From an uncultured Bdellovibrionales bacterium (GTDB lineage: Bacteria > Pseudomonadota > Alphaproteobacteria > Micavibrionales > SZUA-601): 64,000 nucleotides of DNA. Location of the stretch: positions 34,053-98,052 of the forward strand of contig CAZBXD010000002.1 of assembly GCA_964496065.1 (NCBI GenBank), in the 5' to 3' direction. Below the pieces are notes generated by a model. It was not told the origin of the DNA. It ran no database searches and saw nothing but the letters and a program-made list of their open reading frames with translations. Positions within the stretch are counted from its first letter, which is position 1. Each line of letters starts with the position of its first letter. The position numbers and the translations under genes are program-made. Below are positions 20,198-30,947 of this stretch, piece after piece.

Positions 20198-23100
20198 GTC
20201 AAACGCCTTTAAAACAATCAAATAATCCTGATCCAAATGTAATACAGCAAAGCGCATCTGATCCACTTTCTTCTGTTTGGGTTGGGGCAAACGCTGGGAC
20301 AGGGAAAACTAAAGTTCTCGTTGATCGTCTCCTTCGTTTACTCTTGCCAAGGCAACTTTTAACTGGAGAGGTCAAACAGGGCACAGATCCGAGTAAAATC
20401 CTCTGCCTAACATTTACCAAGGCAGCCGCCTCAGAAATGGCAAACCGTGTCAATGAAACGTTAGCAAGATGGACAACATTATCTGATGACGCATTAATTG
20501 ATGCACTTGAAAATTTAACAGGGCAACGTCCAAATGATGTAATGCGTGATGCAGCACGACGGCTTTTCGCCCAAGTTATTGATACACCAGGGGGAATGAA
20601 AATTATGACCCTGCATTCTTTTTGTCAATCTGTCCTTAGCCGCTTTCCTCTTGAAGCCGGTGTAATACCTGGTTTTCAAATTGCTGATGATCGCCAAGTA
20701 GATGAGTTGATGAATAATGCTATTCAAAATTTAATTCGTACACCCCCTCCTTCCCTTGAAAATGCGCTTAGCTATTTTATGGGAGAGCTTGATGCTAAGC
20801 GCTTCAAAAATGTCTTAAAAGAACTCATGAAAAAGCGGCAACATATTAAAGCACTGCTGAAAGAACATATACATGTTGATGGTGTGATCACTCATTTATA
20901 TCAGCATTACGGGTTTTCCCCTGAGAAAATAAATGATCTTAATTACAGCGTCTCAGACCAGATCGCCTTACGCAAAGTCGTTTCGGTTTTAATGACTGGA
21001 ACCCCAAAAACAGACCAACAAAACGCTGCCATAATTTGTGAATTTCTTGATGATAAAAATAGTAGTTTTAAAAAGTATCAATCCGTATTTTTAACTCAAG
21101 CAGGCGTGATTAAAGCGGATACAAAATTAATGACAAAAAAGCTTGGGAGACAATACCCTGAGATTTTGAGCATTTTACAACATGAAGCCAGACAAGTTTT
21201 TAACCACACCCAACAGTTAAGGTTAATCAAAACACTTGAAATCACAGCGCTGATGTGGCGTATTAGTGCCGCCGTTATTGATGAATATTCGTCCCTTAAA
21301 AAGCAGCATGCTTTGCTTGACTACGATGATCAGATCAACCTCACAGCCACTCTTCTATCACGCCATAATACTCCACAGTGGGTATTATATAAGCTAGACA
21401 ATGGTCTTGACCATATATTAGTAGATGAAGCACAAGATACGAGTCCTCCGCAATGGCAAATTATTCAAAAAATTTCAGAAGAATTTTTCCAGGGCATCGG
21501 CACTCACTCTGATGATGTCATTCGAACGATTTTTGCCGTTGGTGATGAAAAACAATCGATTTATTCATTCCAAGATGCTGACCCGGAACTTTTTCTGGAT
21601 ATGGCAGATTATTTTTCTCGGCTTACACAGCAAGCTAAAAAAAATTGGCGGCGAGTTGACATGGCAATTAATTTTCGATCTTCCCCAGTGATTCTTAATG
21701 CGGTCGATCATTTACTTCGTAATGACACTCTGCGGCAAAAAATTTCTCTACAAACTCACCCTATATCTCATATCCCTTATCACGGTGACCGCCCGGGTCT
21801 TGTTGAATTATGGCCGCCTTATGAATTAGCTGAACAACAAATTGGCGATGTCTTCTATTTACCCACAGCACGTATTCCACAATCGAACCCAATGATTATG
21901 CTTTGCCGTGATATTGCCAACACAATTGCAACATGGATTAATGAAAAACGCTTCCTACCTTCCTATAACCGACCTGTCCAAGTAGGGGACATCATGATCC
22001 TCCTTCAATCTCGACGGCCAATGATGGACGCTCTAATCAAAGCGCTTAAGGATAAAAATATTCCTGTCACCGGAACAGATCGTATGATCTTAAGTGAGCA
22101 GCTTGTGGTAAAGGATATTCTGAGCTTTATCCAATTTTGTCTATTACCCAGTGATGATCTAATACTTGCAACAGTTTTAAAATCACCTTTAATTGGCATG
22201 AGCGAAGAAAATTTATTTACAATCGCTCACGCGCGCGGTGATCTTAGTTTGTGGCAGTCGTTAAAAAATCATTATCAAGAATGGCCTCAAGTTATTGAAT
22301 ATTTGAACCACTTTCTCTGTCTATCTCAAAACAAGAAACCGTTTGATTTTATTTCTGATATCTTGTTACAACCCTGTCCAGCATCGCCTGAAAGTGGTAA
22401 AAAGGCATTCTTCCATCGTCTTGGCATGGAAGTAAAAGACCCGCTTGATGAGCTCCTTAACGCAGCCCAAAGTTTTGAGCAGTCACATCCACCTGGTTTA
22501 CAAGGGTTTACCCATTGGCTTAAAACAACAGAAACCGAGATAAAACGGGAACTTTCCAATGTCACAGGTCAGGTTCGGATCATGACCGTTCATGGGTCAA
22601 AAGGTCTGCAAGCACCAATTGTTTTTATTCCAGATGCCTTTAAAAAGCCCAGTGCTAGTAACAAAAATTACTCCTTTTATTGGCCAAAGGATAATCAAAC
22701 CCCCTTTTTATGGGCTAGTGGTGAAATAGCCAATAATGCGGCGATTGATGACCTTAAAAAAATACACAAAGAAACCGAACAGCAAGAATATTATCGTCTT
22801 CTCTATGTTGCTTTAACGCGCGCAGAAGATGAGCTTTACATTGCAGGCTGGACCAGAAAAACTTCAAATGAAGACTCGTGGTATACTGAGATCAAGAATG
22901 CCTGGCAAAACTATGGTGAAATAATCCCATATAAAGATAAAACCGCTTTGCGTCTGACACATAAAGGCAAAACAAAAAAACAAGACCAAAAAGAAGAGCC
23001 TAGTTTACCCTCTATTAATCTGGCAGATTTTTCTTGGCTAAGAAAAAAAGCACCGACTGAACCACAACGCCCAACCCCGTTAAGCCCATCTCGCCCAACA

Positions 23101-23667
23101 GTAAAGTCCTCAGCAGTACAATCCCCCATGGAACGTACCGCTTTAGGGCCATTCTGGCGTGGATCCCTCATTCATAAAATTTTACAAACCTTACCGACTA
23201 ATCCACCAGAACAATGGTCTGATATCTTATCACATTATCTGCAACAACCTCATTTAAAACTGGACAGTAGGATCCAAAAACAACTCCACAGTGAAATTAT
23301 GGCAGTTTTAAGACATCCCGATTATCAATCACTTTTTTCTCAGTCTGCTCAAGCTGAAGTTCCTATTGTTGGTGAAGTTATTATTGGTAAAAAATCCCAT
23401 GCAATTTCTGGACAAATTGATCGTCTCCTTATCACAGAGAATACGGTTTGGATCGTTGATTATAAAACCAATCGACCCTGCCCTTCATCTCTTGATGAAG
23501 TGCCTAAAGATTATATCTTTCAGATGGCAACATACTATGCTTTACTAAAACAACTTTATCCTAAGCATAAAATCTCTTGCGTACTTTTATGGACGCATGC
23601 GCCCTCTTGGATGGCGTTGCCACAAGGTGATTTAGAAAACGCCTTACAAAAGATTGGGAGTGCATAA
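20194..23667 (+). CDS. addA: double-strand break repair helicase/nuclease AddA
   Basis: 1157 aa with UvrD-type motifs (GANAGTGKT, VDEAQDTS, TVHGSKGLQAP, LYVALTRAEDEL) and a C-terminal nuclease (GQIDRLL...IVDYKT). Confidence 0.9.
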   Translation: MSQTPLKQSNNPDPNVIQQSASDPLSSVWVGANAGTGKTKVLVDRLLRLLLPRQLLTGEVKQGTDPSKILCLTFTKAAASEMANRVNETLARWTTLSDDALIDALENLTGQRPNDVMRDAARRLFAQVIDTPGGMKIMTLHSFCQSVLSRFPLEAGVIPGFQIADDRQVDELMNNAIQNLIRTPPPSLENALSYFMGELDAKRFKNVLKELMKKRQHIKALLKEHIHVDGVITHLYQHYGFSPEKINDLNYSVSDQIALRKVVSVLMTGTPKTDQQNAAIICEFLDDKNSSFKKYQSVFLTQAGVIKADTKLMTKKLGRQYPEILSILQHEARQVFNHTQQLRLIKTLEITALMWRISAAVIDEYSSLKKQHALLDYDDQINLTATLLSRHNTPQWVLYKLDNGLDHILVDEAQDTSPPQWQIIQKISEEFFQGIGTHSDDVIRTIFAVGDEKQSIYSFQDADPELFLDMADYFSRLTQQAKKNWRRVDMAINFRSSPVILNAVDHLLRNDTLRQKISLQTHPISHIPYHGDRPGLVELWPPYELAEQQIGDVFYLPTARIPQSNPMIMLCRDIANTIATWINEKRFLPSYNRPVQVGDIMILLQSRRPMMDALIKALKDKNIPVTGTDRMILSEQLVVKDILSFIQFCLLPSDDLILATVLKSPLIGMSEENLFTIAHARGDLSLWQSLKNHYQEWPQVIEYLNHFLCLSQNKKPFDFISDILLQPCPASPESGKKAFFHRLGMEVKDPLDELLNAAQSFEQSHPPGLQGFTHWLKTTETEIKRELSNVTGQVRIMTVHGSKGLQAPIVFIPDAFKKPSASNKNYSFYWPKDNQTPFLWASGEIANNAAIDDLKKIHKETEQQEYYRLLYVALTRAEDELYIAGWTRKTSNEDSWYTEIKNAWQNYGEIIPYKDKTALRLTHKGKTKKQDQKEEPSLPSINLADFSWLRKKAPTEPQRPTPLSPSRPTVKSSAVQSPMERTALGPFWRGSLIHKILQTLPTNPPEQWSDILSHYLQQPHLKLDSRIQKQLHSEIMAVLRHPDYQSLFSQSAQAEVPIVGEVIIGKKSHAISGQIDRLLITENTVWIVDYKTNRPCPSSLDEVPKDYIFQMATYYALLKQLYPKHKISCVLLWTHAPSWMALPQGDLENALQKIGSA

Positions 23668-24224
23668 TGCCTTTATCAGAAATTATCAGCTCTCTGTTTG
23701 GTCTATGGCGTATTCTTCTCATCGATAAGCGCAGCATTCAGTTTTTTGACAACAGTTACTCTCGGGCAATCCGCTCTTTTATTATTCCAGGCATTACATA
23801 TCTCGCTATATTAGCGATCATCTTCTTACGGACTGAAACCTATGAAGGCAATTTACCCCTTAGCCTTGTTCTTCTTGCCCAAACACTTAGGTTTATTATA
23901 ACACTGTGTGGGTCTCTGATTATAACCTATTCCATCCTAAAGCATCTTGAGAAAAGCAAAGAATTTATGCGCTATGTCCAGATGAGTAATTGGCTGGCCA
24001 TCCTCGCTTTTTTCTTAACGCTACCGATTATTTTTATTGACCCTGCCACTGAACCGATGGCGCAATTTTTCTTCTTCATCTTGCTATTTTTTCAAAAAAT
24101 TTACGAATGGTTTATTATTCAAATAACTTTTCAAATCCAGTGGTATTATATTTTGTTGATCTTAGTGGCGGGGGAAGTTGTCCACACACTGGTCAGCGCC
24201 ATGGCCTATGTGATTATTTATTAA
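23667..24224 (+). CDS. polytopic membrane protein, hypothetical
   Basis: 185 aa with about 5 hydrophobic helices. The ATG overlaps the addA stop (TAATG). I recognise no motif. Confidence 0.5.
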   Translation: MPLSEIISSLFGLWRILLIDKRSIQFFDNSYSRAIRSFIIPGITYLAILAIIFLRTETYEGNLPLSLVLLAQTLRFIITLCGSLIITYSILKHLEKSKEFMRYVQMSNWLAILAFFLTLPIIFIDPATEPMAQFFFFILLFFQKIYEWFIIQITFQIQWYYILLILVAGEVVHTLVSAMAYVIIY

Positions 24225-24958
24225 TACTCAACTTTCACTAAAAAAAGGCCACTAGCCGGGGCCGTTGGCCCAGCCTTAGTTCGATCCTTAGAAGCTAAGA
24301 TATCTTTAATCGAGTCAATCTCCCAAGAACCAGAACCAACTTTTTCTAATGTCCCGACCATATTACGCACCTGATGGTGCAGGAAGGAAATTGCAGAAAT
24401 TTGAAAAATAATATCCTCGCCTTGCCTAGAAATATCGATTTTCTCGAGGGTCTTAATCGGTGATTTTGCTTGGCATTGACTATCACGAAAAGAAGTAAAA
24501 TCATGCTTACCCAATAAATGTTGCGCCGCATGTTGCATTGCATCAATATCAAGCGGTCGCTTGACATGCCAAAAATATTTGGCTCCAATTACGGGCGGGG
24601 CAAAACGGTTCTTAATCACATATTTGTAAAAGCGTTTCTTAGCATCAAACCGAGCATGAAATTCTTCATTCACCTTCTCTGCACTCAGGATTGAAATCAG
24701 AGCATCCCCCATATGATGATTAGTCGCATCGCGAATTTCCTTTGGCGTAAATTTTTTTGGCATATCAAAATGAGCCACCTGGCCCAAGGCATGCACCCCG
24801 GTATCGGTGCGACCAGCCGTATGAACGGTGACCTCTTCACCACTATAGGCCAGGATTGCTTCTTCAATAGTTTGTTGGACAGAAGGGCAATCAAGTTGCC
24901 GCTGCCAGCCGCAAAATGGGGTACCATCATATTCAATCGTGAGTTTCCAGCGCTGCAT
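24221..24958 (-). CDS. truA: tRNA pseudouridine(38-40) synthase
   Basis: 245 aa with a GAGRTDTGVHA-type catalytic motif (TAGRTDTGVHALGQV). Confidence 0.9.
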   Translation of the reverse strand: MQRWKLTIEYDGTPFCGWQRQLDCPSVQQTIEEAILAYSGEEVTVHTAGRTDTGVHALGQVAHFDMPKKFTPKEIRDATNHHMGDALISILSAEKVNEEFHARFDAKKRFYKYVIKNRFAPPVIGAKYFWHVKRPLDIDAMQHAAQHLLGKHDFTSFRDSQCQAKSPIKTLEKIDISRQGEDIIFQISAISFLHHQVRNMVGTLEKVGSGSWEIDSIKDILASKDRTKAGPTAPASGLFLVKVEY

Positions 24959-25875
24959 TACAAAATTGTTCCAACTGGTAAATCAAAACCACGGAGAAAC
25001 TCATCTAGCTCCATCGGTGCTTTGCTCGCCCGCTGCAAGCGGGTAATTTGAAGCGCCCCTTCACCACAGGCGATAGTAAGTTGATCATCAAGAATTGTTC
25101 CAGGATCACCAATTTGATCACTCAATCGTGCTTTTAAAATTTTAAAACGTTGCCCGCCATATTCAAACCAAGTGCCTGGCCAAGGGGTAAAGGCTCGGAT
25201 TTTTCGCTCCAAAGCTTGTGCAGATTGTGTCCAATCTATACGCCCCTCTTCTTTTTCTAGTTTATGTGCATAGGTTACACCGTCTTCTGGCTGCGTGGTG
25301 GCTTCAAGTTGTCCGTCCTCTTGTAATTTTTTCAGCGTCTTAACAATCAGCTCTCCCCCCTGTGCTGCCATCTGATCATGGATGGTTTGCCCTGTATCTT
25401 TATCTGTAATCGGGAATGTCCCTTTTAAAATCATAGGGCCGGTATCCAACCCCTCATCCATTTGCATGATCGTCACACCAGTCTTAGTGTCTCCTGCCTC
25501 AATCGCGCGATGGATCGGTGCTGCCCCACGCCATCGTGGCAGAAGTGAGCCATGAATATTGATACAGCCATGTTTCGGTGTCTCTAAAATAGAGGCTGGC
25601 AAAATCAATCCATAGGCCGCAACAATCGCAATATCCAAATTTAAGGCTTTAAAATCATCAACGGCTGTTGGGTCTTTTTTAAAAGAAGTTGGGGTCCGCA
25701 CCTCAATCCCCTGATCTTCGGCATAAAGATGAACCGGGCTTTTTTGCAACCGATGACCACGCCCTTTTTCGCGGGGTACTTTTGTATAAACACAGATCGG
25801 CTTAAAACCAGATTTAACCATATTTTTTAATGCAATAAGGGCAAAATCAGGCGTTCCCATAAAAGCAAGACGCAT
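24958..25875 (-). CDS. fmt: methionyl-tRNA formyltransferase
   Basis: 305 aa with MRLAFMGTPDFA and HGSLLPRWRGAAPI motifs, adjacent to def. Confidence 0.95.
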   Translation of the reverse strand: MRLAFMGTPDFALIALKNMVKSGFKPICVYTKVPREKGRGHRLQKSPVHLYAEDQGIEVRTPTSFKKDPTAVDDFKALNLDIAIVAAYGLILPASILETPKHGCINIHGSLLPRWRGAAPIHRAIEAGDTKTGVTIMQMDEGLDTGPMILKGTFPITDKDTGQTIHDQMAAQGGELIVKTLKKLQEDGQLEATTQPEDGVTYAHKLEKEEGRIDWTQSAQALERKIRAFTPWPGTWFEYGGQRFKILKARLSDQIGDPGTILDDQLTIACGEGALQITRLQRASKAPMELDEFLRGFDLPVGTIL

Positions 25876-25886
25876 GGCTGACCTTC

Positions 25887-26411
25887 CTAATCAGTCGACT
25901 GAAATTTTTGTTGTTTTTGAATTTTTTTTAAAAGCATTGATCGCTTCAATGATGATAAGTAATCGATAAAAAGTTTACCATCAAGATGATCGATCTCATG
26001 CTGAAGGCAGGCTGCCATAAGCCCTTCTCCCTCAATTTCTTGGCTCTTGCCGTTTTCATCAAAATACTTAACCTTGACCCAGGATGGTCGAGTGACGTCT
26101 GCATAAACCCCAGGAATTGACAGGCACCCCTCCTGTTGAGTCAAAGGCTCAGCACCGGCATCTACAATCTCTGGGTTCACAAGCTTAATCGGCTGTCCGC
26201 CCACACCACTTTCACGGGTTTCAAGATCAATGACGATCACGCGTTTTGCCACACCAATCTGGGGGCCTGCTAACCCAATCCCCGGGGCAGCATACATCGT
26301 CTCAAGCATATCATCAAGAAGCGTGCGTAAGCTATCATCAAAAACAGTCACTGGCTCCGCCCGCTGGCGTAACATTGGATCTGGAATAAAAAGAATAGGA
26401 TATAAAGCCAT
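25887..26411 (-). CDS. def: peptide deformylase
   Basis: 174 aa carrying the GIGLAGPQIG, EGCLS and HEIDHL motifs. Confidence 0.95.
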   Translation of the reverse strand: MALYPILFIPDPMLRQRAEPVTVFDDSLRTLLDDMLETMYAAPGIGLAGPQIGVAKRVIVIDLETRESGVGGQPIKLVNPEIVDAGAEPLTQQEGCLSIPGVYADVTRPSWVKVKYFDENGKSQEIEGEGLMAACLQHEIDHLDGKLFIDYLSSLKRSMLLKKIQKQQKFQSTD

Positions 26412-26414
26412 AGT

Positions 26415-27626
26415 TTAAGCAATTTCCCGTTTTTTTTCTTTTTCGATAATAAGCTCATCTGATGTTATGGGGCGCGGCGTTTTATCAATGGGTATCAGTT
26501 TTTTTTCTTCTGCTAAATGATCGACAACATGAGCATCTTTTAATTTTCGTGCCCCGGCAAGAAGCGTTCTTTCCATTGACCCAACTGCATTATCATACGC
26601 CCCAATCGCAGTTTTTAAGCCATTCCCAACTTTTTCAAAATGCCCTGCAAATGTTTGAATTCGTTTGTAAAGATCAGCTCCCAAGTCCGAAACTTCACGC
26701 GCATTTTCTGCCATTTGCACTTGGCGCCAACCAAAAGAGACTACACGCAACAATCCAATGAGTGTCAAGGGAGATGCCATAAGAACATTCTTCTCAAATG
26801 CCTCATGGACGATATTTGGATCCGTTTCTTGGGCAAGGCGTAAAGCACTTTCTGAGGGGAAAAACATGATAACAAATTCAGGCGTGTCAAATTTCTCCCA
26901 ATAGGTTTTGCCTGACAGCGCTCGAACATGCGCTCGGACATGATCGATATGACGGGCGATATGGGTTTTTTGTTCTACCTTATTTAAGCCATCCTGTAAC
27001 GCATCAAAATAAGCCTGCATTGGTGCTTTTGAATCAATGACTATCGCACCGCCACCGGGCATATCAACAACAATATCAGGACGTGTATTATCAACTGTGA
27101 CTTGGGTTCGATAATTGACGCCTTCTAACATACCCGTTGAATCAAGGATACGCTTCAGCTGGACCTCGCCCCAATTGCCACGTAAAGATGGGGTTTTGAG
27201 GACTTCAACCAATGAAGAGGTCTCATTGCCCAAGCGCTCCATCATAGTTTTAATTTCTCCATGAATACCAGTATGAGTTTTGTCAAAATTGGTAATTTTT
27301 TGATTGAATTCATTCAGGCGTTGATCAATCGGTTTCAATAGTGCTTCGATCGCTTGCTGACGTTTTTGCAAATCGCCATCCGCTTGTGCCGTTGCTGTTT
27401 TGAGATTTTGTGTCGCCAGGGTTAAAAACTGCTCATTATTAGCCTGCAACGCTTGTGAAGACAACGCCCGAAAGGTTTCTTCCAAATGAGTATGCATTTT
27501 ATCCTGAATGGCAATTTTTGTTTTGAGCGCAGAGACTTTAATTTGCATCAAAGCCCATACCAAAACCCCACCAAAGAAAAAACCAGCGATGGGTAAAAGA
27601 ATCTGATATGTTAGCAGCTGTTCCAT
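26415..27626 (-). CDS. rmuC: DNA recombination protein RmuC
   Basis: 403 aa with an N-terminal TM helix, a long coiled coil and a C-terminal nuclease-like domain (PDIVVDMPGG...VIDSKAP). Confidence 0.85.
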   Translation of the reverse strand: MEQLLTYQILLPIAGFFFGGVLVWALMQIKVSALKTKIAIQDKMHTHLEETFRALSSQALQANNEQFLTLATQNLKTATAQADGDLQKRQQAIEALLKPIDQRLNEFNQKITNFDKTHTGIHGEIKTMMERLGNETSSLVEVLKTPSLRGNWGEVQLKRILDSTGMLEGVNYRTQVTVDNTRPDIVVDMPGGGAIVIDSKAPMQAYFDALQDGLNKVEQKTHIARHIDHVRAHVRALSGKTYWEKFDTPEFVIMFFPSESALRLAQETDPNIVHEAFEKNVLMASPLTLIGLLRVVSFGWRQVQMAENAREVSDLGADLYKRIQTFAGHFEKVGNGLKTAIGAYDNAVGSMERTLLAGARKLKDAHVVDHLAEEKKLIPIDKTPRPITSDELIIEKEKKREIA

Positions 27627-27647
27627 AGGCTTGAAGATACGCTATTT

Positions 27648-28283
27648 TTAGCTCTGAGCCAAGAGGGCAAGGCTAGCACGTAATTCTTCGATACCTTCTT
27701 GATTAACTGAACTGGTCCAATGCGGATCAGGAAACGCGGCCGGATGCTTTTTAAGCTTTGCAATAAGCTCAGTTGTTACACGATTTTGCTCTGATTTTTT
27801 AACCTTATCCAGCTTCGTTAAAATAACTTGATAAGGCACAGCTGTTTCATCAAGCATAGTCATCATCTCAACATCACTTTCTTTAATGCCATGGCGGCCA
27901 TCAACAAGCAAACAAACACGTTTTAAAGTAATTCGACCACGCAAAAAATCCCGACTCACCCTCACCCATTGGTTAACCTTAGAACGCGATACTTTTGCAT
28001 AGCCATACCCTGGCATATCAACGATCATCAACCGCCCGCCCAAATCAAAGAAATTCAATTGTTGCGTACGTCCCGGCGTATGCGAGACCCGCGCCAAGGT
28101 TTTCTGGCCTGTAAGTGTATTGACAAGGGATGATTTGCCAACATTGGATCGCCCAACAAACGCAATTTCTGGCAAACTAGGCGGGATCAGGCGGTCTAGC
28201 GTGTCAACACCAGCGACAAAATCACAAGAGGCAGCAAAAAGTTTGCGCCCTGCTTCAATCTGCGTTTTATCAAACGCAGTCAT
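27648..28283 (-). CDS. yihA: ribosome biogenesis GTP-binding protein YihA/EngB
   Basis: 211 aa with G1 GRSNVGKSS, DMPGYG and TKLDK motifs, downstream of yidC as is usual. Confidence 0.9.
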   Translation of the reverse strand: MTAFDKTQIEAGRKLFAASCDFVAGVDTLDRLIPPSLPEIAFVGRSNVGKSSLVNTLTGQKTLARVSHTPGRTQQLNFFDLGGRLMIVDMPGYGYAKVSRSKVNQWVRVSRDFLRGRITLKRVCLLVDGRHGIKESDVEMMTMLDETAVPYQVILTKLDKVKKSEQNRVTTELIAKLKKHPAAFPDPHWTSSVNQEGIEELRASLALLAQS

Positions 28284-28286
28284 GGC

Positions 28287-30068
28287 CTAGCCCTCCGCTT
28301 GACGGCGACGGAAAAAGGACGGGTTCATCCCCATGCGTTTTTGGATCACATATTGCTGAATCCCTCCCAAGATGTTTGACCAAACAAAATAGATCACAAG
28401 CCCTGCGGGGAACTGTGCAAAGAAATAGCTGAAGAAAATCGGCATCAGGAACATCACCTGTTTTTGCACCGGATCATTGGGCATCGGGTTCATGCGTTGC
28501 GTTAGTTTTAATGTGACACCATACAGAACCGGCCACGCCCCAATTGCTAAGAACGTTGGCAAATCAATCGGAATTAAACCAAACAAGGTAAAAAGATTAG
28601 TTGGATCCGGCGCAGATAGATCGTGGATCCAGCCATAAAATGGGGCATGGCGCATTTCAATCGAAACATAAAGAACCTTATACAAGGCAAAGAAAATTGG
28701 AATTTGTAAAAACATTGGTAAACAGCCGCCCATAGGCGTGACTTTCTCTTTTTTATACAATTCCATGATTGCAGTTTGCATTTTTTCACGATCATCGCCA
28801 TATTTTTCTTTAATCTCTTTCATCTTGGGTGAGAGTTTTTTCATCATACTCATTGATTTGAAGGCTTTATTGGCTAAGGGATAAGTCGCCGCACGTAAGA
28901 CAACAGTCAAGGACATAATTGCTAAACCAAAGCTGGCGGTAAAACCCCATTGTTGAAAGAGACCACCAAAGAATGACAAGACCAAATAAAATGGCTTTGT
29001 AATAAAATAGAACCAACCAAAGTCAATCGCCAAATCAAGATGCTTGATCCCAAGAGCATCACTATATTGATTCAACACATCAAGTTTTTTTGCACCCACA
29101 AAAAAGCGATGGGTCATTGTCACGGTTTGTTGCGGGAACACCTCAACAACCTCACCACGACTATCGGCCTGGAAAACATGGTTTTCTTCATCAATTTCTT
29201 GATGGGCAAAGCGCATATCTGCTCTTTGCGTTGGGATAAGACTAACGAGCCAATATTTATCGGTAATGCCAATCCAGCCTTCAGAGTTATCATATTCAAT
29301 GACACCATCATCTTGGACATCATCAAAATCAACCTCATGTAGATCATCGTTTAAATAGGCAATAGGACCAGTATGCAAAATTGCCGAAGAACGATTTTCA
29401 AACGATTTTTCTTCTTCCTCAGTCAACGGACGATTTGTACGTGACAACAAAGCATAAGGGAAAAGCCTAACCACTTGTTCAGCTTGGTTTGTGACCGCCT
29501 GTTCAACCGTAATTAAATATTGCTCATCAATCGTAATAATTCGATTAAAAGTCAGGCCTTGGCCATTATCCCATGTTAAAATAACTGGTGCATTCGCTGT
29601 TAATTTTCGATTGGAGCCAATAGACCAAATTGTTTCTGCATTTGGAACGGCTATAGTCGGATTAGATGGCGCCCAACCATTTTCAAGAAAATACGCCTTC
29701 CGGGTACCCGATGGTGCAAGAAGACGAACCAGGTCATCTCCACCAAGGTCTTTTTTAAACCCTTTTAAGCGCAAATCATCAATCCGTCCTCCTTTTAAAG
29801 AAAGGGATCCTACTAAGGTCGGCGTATCAATTTGAATGCGTGGCGTTTCTGCCAAGGCACGCTCAATTGGCACTAAAGTAAGTTGCTCTTCAACGGTTTG
29901 TGTAATCTCTGTTTGCTCTGCCTGCTGTGCACGGTAAGCTTGAAGACGCATCTCTTCTACGCGCGGCTTCGTGACCAGCACGTAAAAAAGGGTTAGGACA
30001 AGCATAGACAAAACAAAGGCGCTCAAAAGCCGGCGCTGATCTTCCGGGTTGGGTTGACGGTTATTCAT
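28287..30068 (-). CDS. yidC: membrane protein insertase YidC
   Basis: 593 aa with a large periplasmic domain and a conserved C-terminal core (GCLPMFLQIPIFFALY...). Confidence 0.95.
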   Translation of the reverse strand: MNNRQPNPEDQRRLLSAFVLSMLVLTLFYVLVTKPRVEEMRLQAYRAQQAEQTEITQTVEEQLTLVPIERALAETPRIQIDTPTLVGSLSLKGGRIDDLRLKGFKKDLGGDDLVRLLAPSGTRKAYFLENGWAPSNPTIAVPNAETIWSIGSNRKLTANAPVILTWDNGQGLTFNRIITIDEQYLITVEQAVTNQAEQVVRLFPYALLSRTNRPLTEEEEKSFENRSSAILHTGPIAYLNDDLHEVDFDDVQDDGVIEYDNSEGWIGITDKYWLVSLIPTQRADMRFAHQEIDEENHVFQADSRGEVVEVFPQQTVTMTHRFFVGAKKLDVLNQYSDALGIKHLDLAIDFGWFYFITKPFYLVLSFFGGLFQQWGFTASFGLAIMSLTVVLRAATYPLANKAFKSMSMMKKLSPKMKEIKEKYGDDREKMQTAIMELYKKEKVTPMGGCLPMFLQIPIFFALYKVLYVSIEMRHAPFYGWIHDLSAPDPTNLFTLFGLIPIDLPTFLAIGAWPVLYGVTLKLTQRMNPMPNDPVQKQVMFLMPIFFSYFFAQFPAGLVIYFVWSNILGGIQQYVIQKRMGMNPSFFRRRQAEG

Positions 30069-30095
30069 GAGTTTATCAAATATATGTTGTTATTT

Positions 30096-30365
30096 TTATC
30101 GTGCGTGTTTTTTAGCAGAGTTTGTCGCTCTCGCATAGGGTTTCCATGAAAATTCCTCCGGCACCGAGTTATGACCACACCCACCATAGGGGTTACAGGA
30201 TAAAATCCGCCAAAACCCAAGATAACATCCCTTAATGACACCATATTTAATAATTGCTTGTTTTGTGTATTGCGAACAGCTCGGGGTATACCGGCAAGTG
30301 TGCCCCATTAACGGAGACAGTAAAAGATTATATAATGCAATGAGTTTAAGAGACAGATATTTCAT
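30096..30365 (-). CDS. yidD: membrane protein insertion efficiency factor YidD
   Basis: CRYTPSCSQY...RILSCNPYGGCGHNSVP motif. ATG at 30365 is preferred over the TTG at 30374. The gene overlaps the rnpA 3' end. Confidence 0.85.
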   Translation of the reverse strand: MKYLSLKLIALYNLLLSPLMGHTCRYTPSCSQYTKQAIIKYGVIKGCYLGFWRILSCNPYGGCGHNSVPEEFSWKPYARATNSAKKHAR

Positions 30366-30714
30366 TTTTTTCAATTTCTAACCGTTTCAAAGCCCAGTAA
30401 CAGTTCTTTTCAAGCGCTTTGAAGTTGTCATCAATAGCCCCCTGGCGCGCTATAAACACAATGTCTTTACCCTGTAGATTATGATTACGCAAAACACTTT
30501 GAGCCATTTCTCTTAAGCGCCGTTTGGCCCGGTTACGTACTACGGCGCGCTTATCCAGCTTCTTCGTCACAGTAAAGCCTACTCGACAAAGTGTTTCTGG
30601 AGTATTCGCCTCACGATTGAGAATTTGTACGACAAAAGCCGGCGTTACCCAACGCCGGCCATTTTTAGCTACTTTCAAAAAGTCTGATCTGTTTTTAAGC
30701 CGTGCTATTATCAT
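30346..30714 (-). CDS. rnpA: ribonuclease P protein component
   Basis: 122 aa, basic, with a VVRNRAKRRLRE (RNR) motif, located between rpmH and yidD. Confidence 0.85.
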   Translation of the reverse strand: MIIARLKNRSDFLKVAKNGRRWVTPAFVVQILNREANTPETLCRVGFTVTKKLDKRAVVRNRAKRRLREMAQSVLRNHNLQGKDIVFIARQGAIDDNFKALEKNCYWALKRLEIEKNEISVS

Positions 30715-30731
30715 ACGGCCTCCTTCTCCCC

Positions 30732-30866
30732 TTAAACGGCGAGACGCTTACGGCCCTTGGTACGACGGCGTTTTAAAACCAAACGACCTGCTGCCGTTGA
30801 CATACGTGCACGAAAGCCGTGAACGCGATTGCGACGAATTTTACTTGGTTGAAATGTACGTTTCAT
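30732..30866 (-). CDS. rpmH: 50S ribosomal protein L34
   Basis: Below the ORF-track cutoff. The reverse complement reads ATG AAA CGT ACA TTT CAA CCA AGT AAA ATT CGT CGC AAT CGC..., giving [22 protein letters not shown]...KGRKRLAV (44 aa). It lies upstream of rnpA. Confidence 0.9.
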   Translation of the reverse strand: MKRTFQPSKIRRNRVHGFRARMSTAAGRLVLKRRRTKGRKRLAV

Positions 30867-30947
30867 TGTTCTTATCCTTTAAATGCGGTGCTCTTTTTAG
30901 CGATTCAGTTGGAGTAAGTCAAACAAAAAAGCTAATAAACCCGAAAA

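Noticed and set aside
30732-30947. The rpmH-rnpA-yidC block as a marker of a nearby replication origin
   Set aside because: No dnaA gene and no cluster of DnaA-box-like (TTATCCACA) sequences is visible upstream of rpmH. htpG follows directly, and alphaproteobacterial origins are usually elsewhere.
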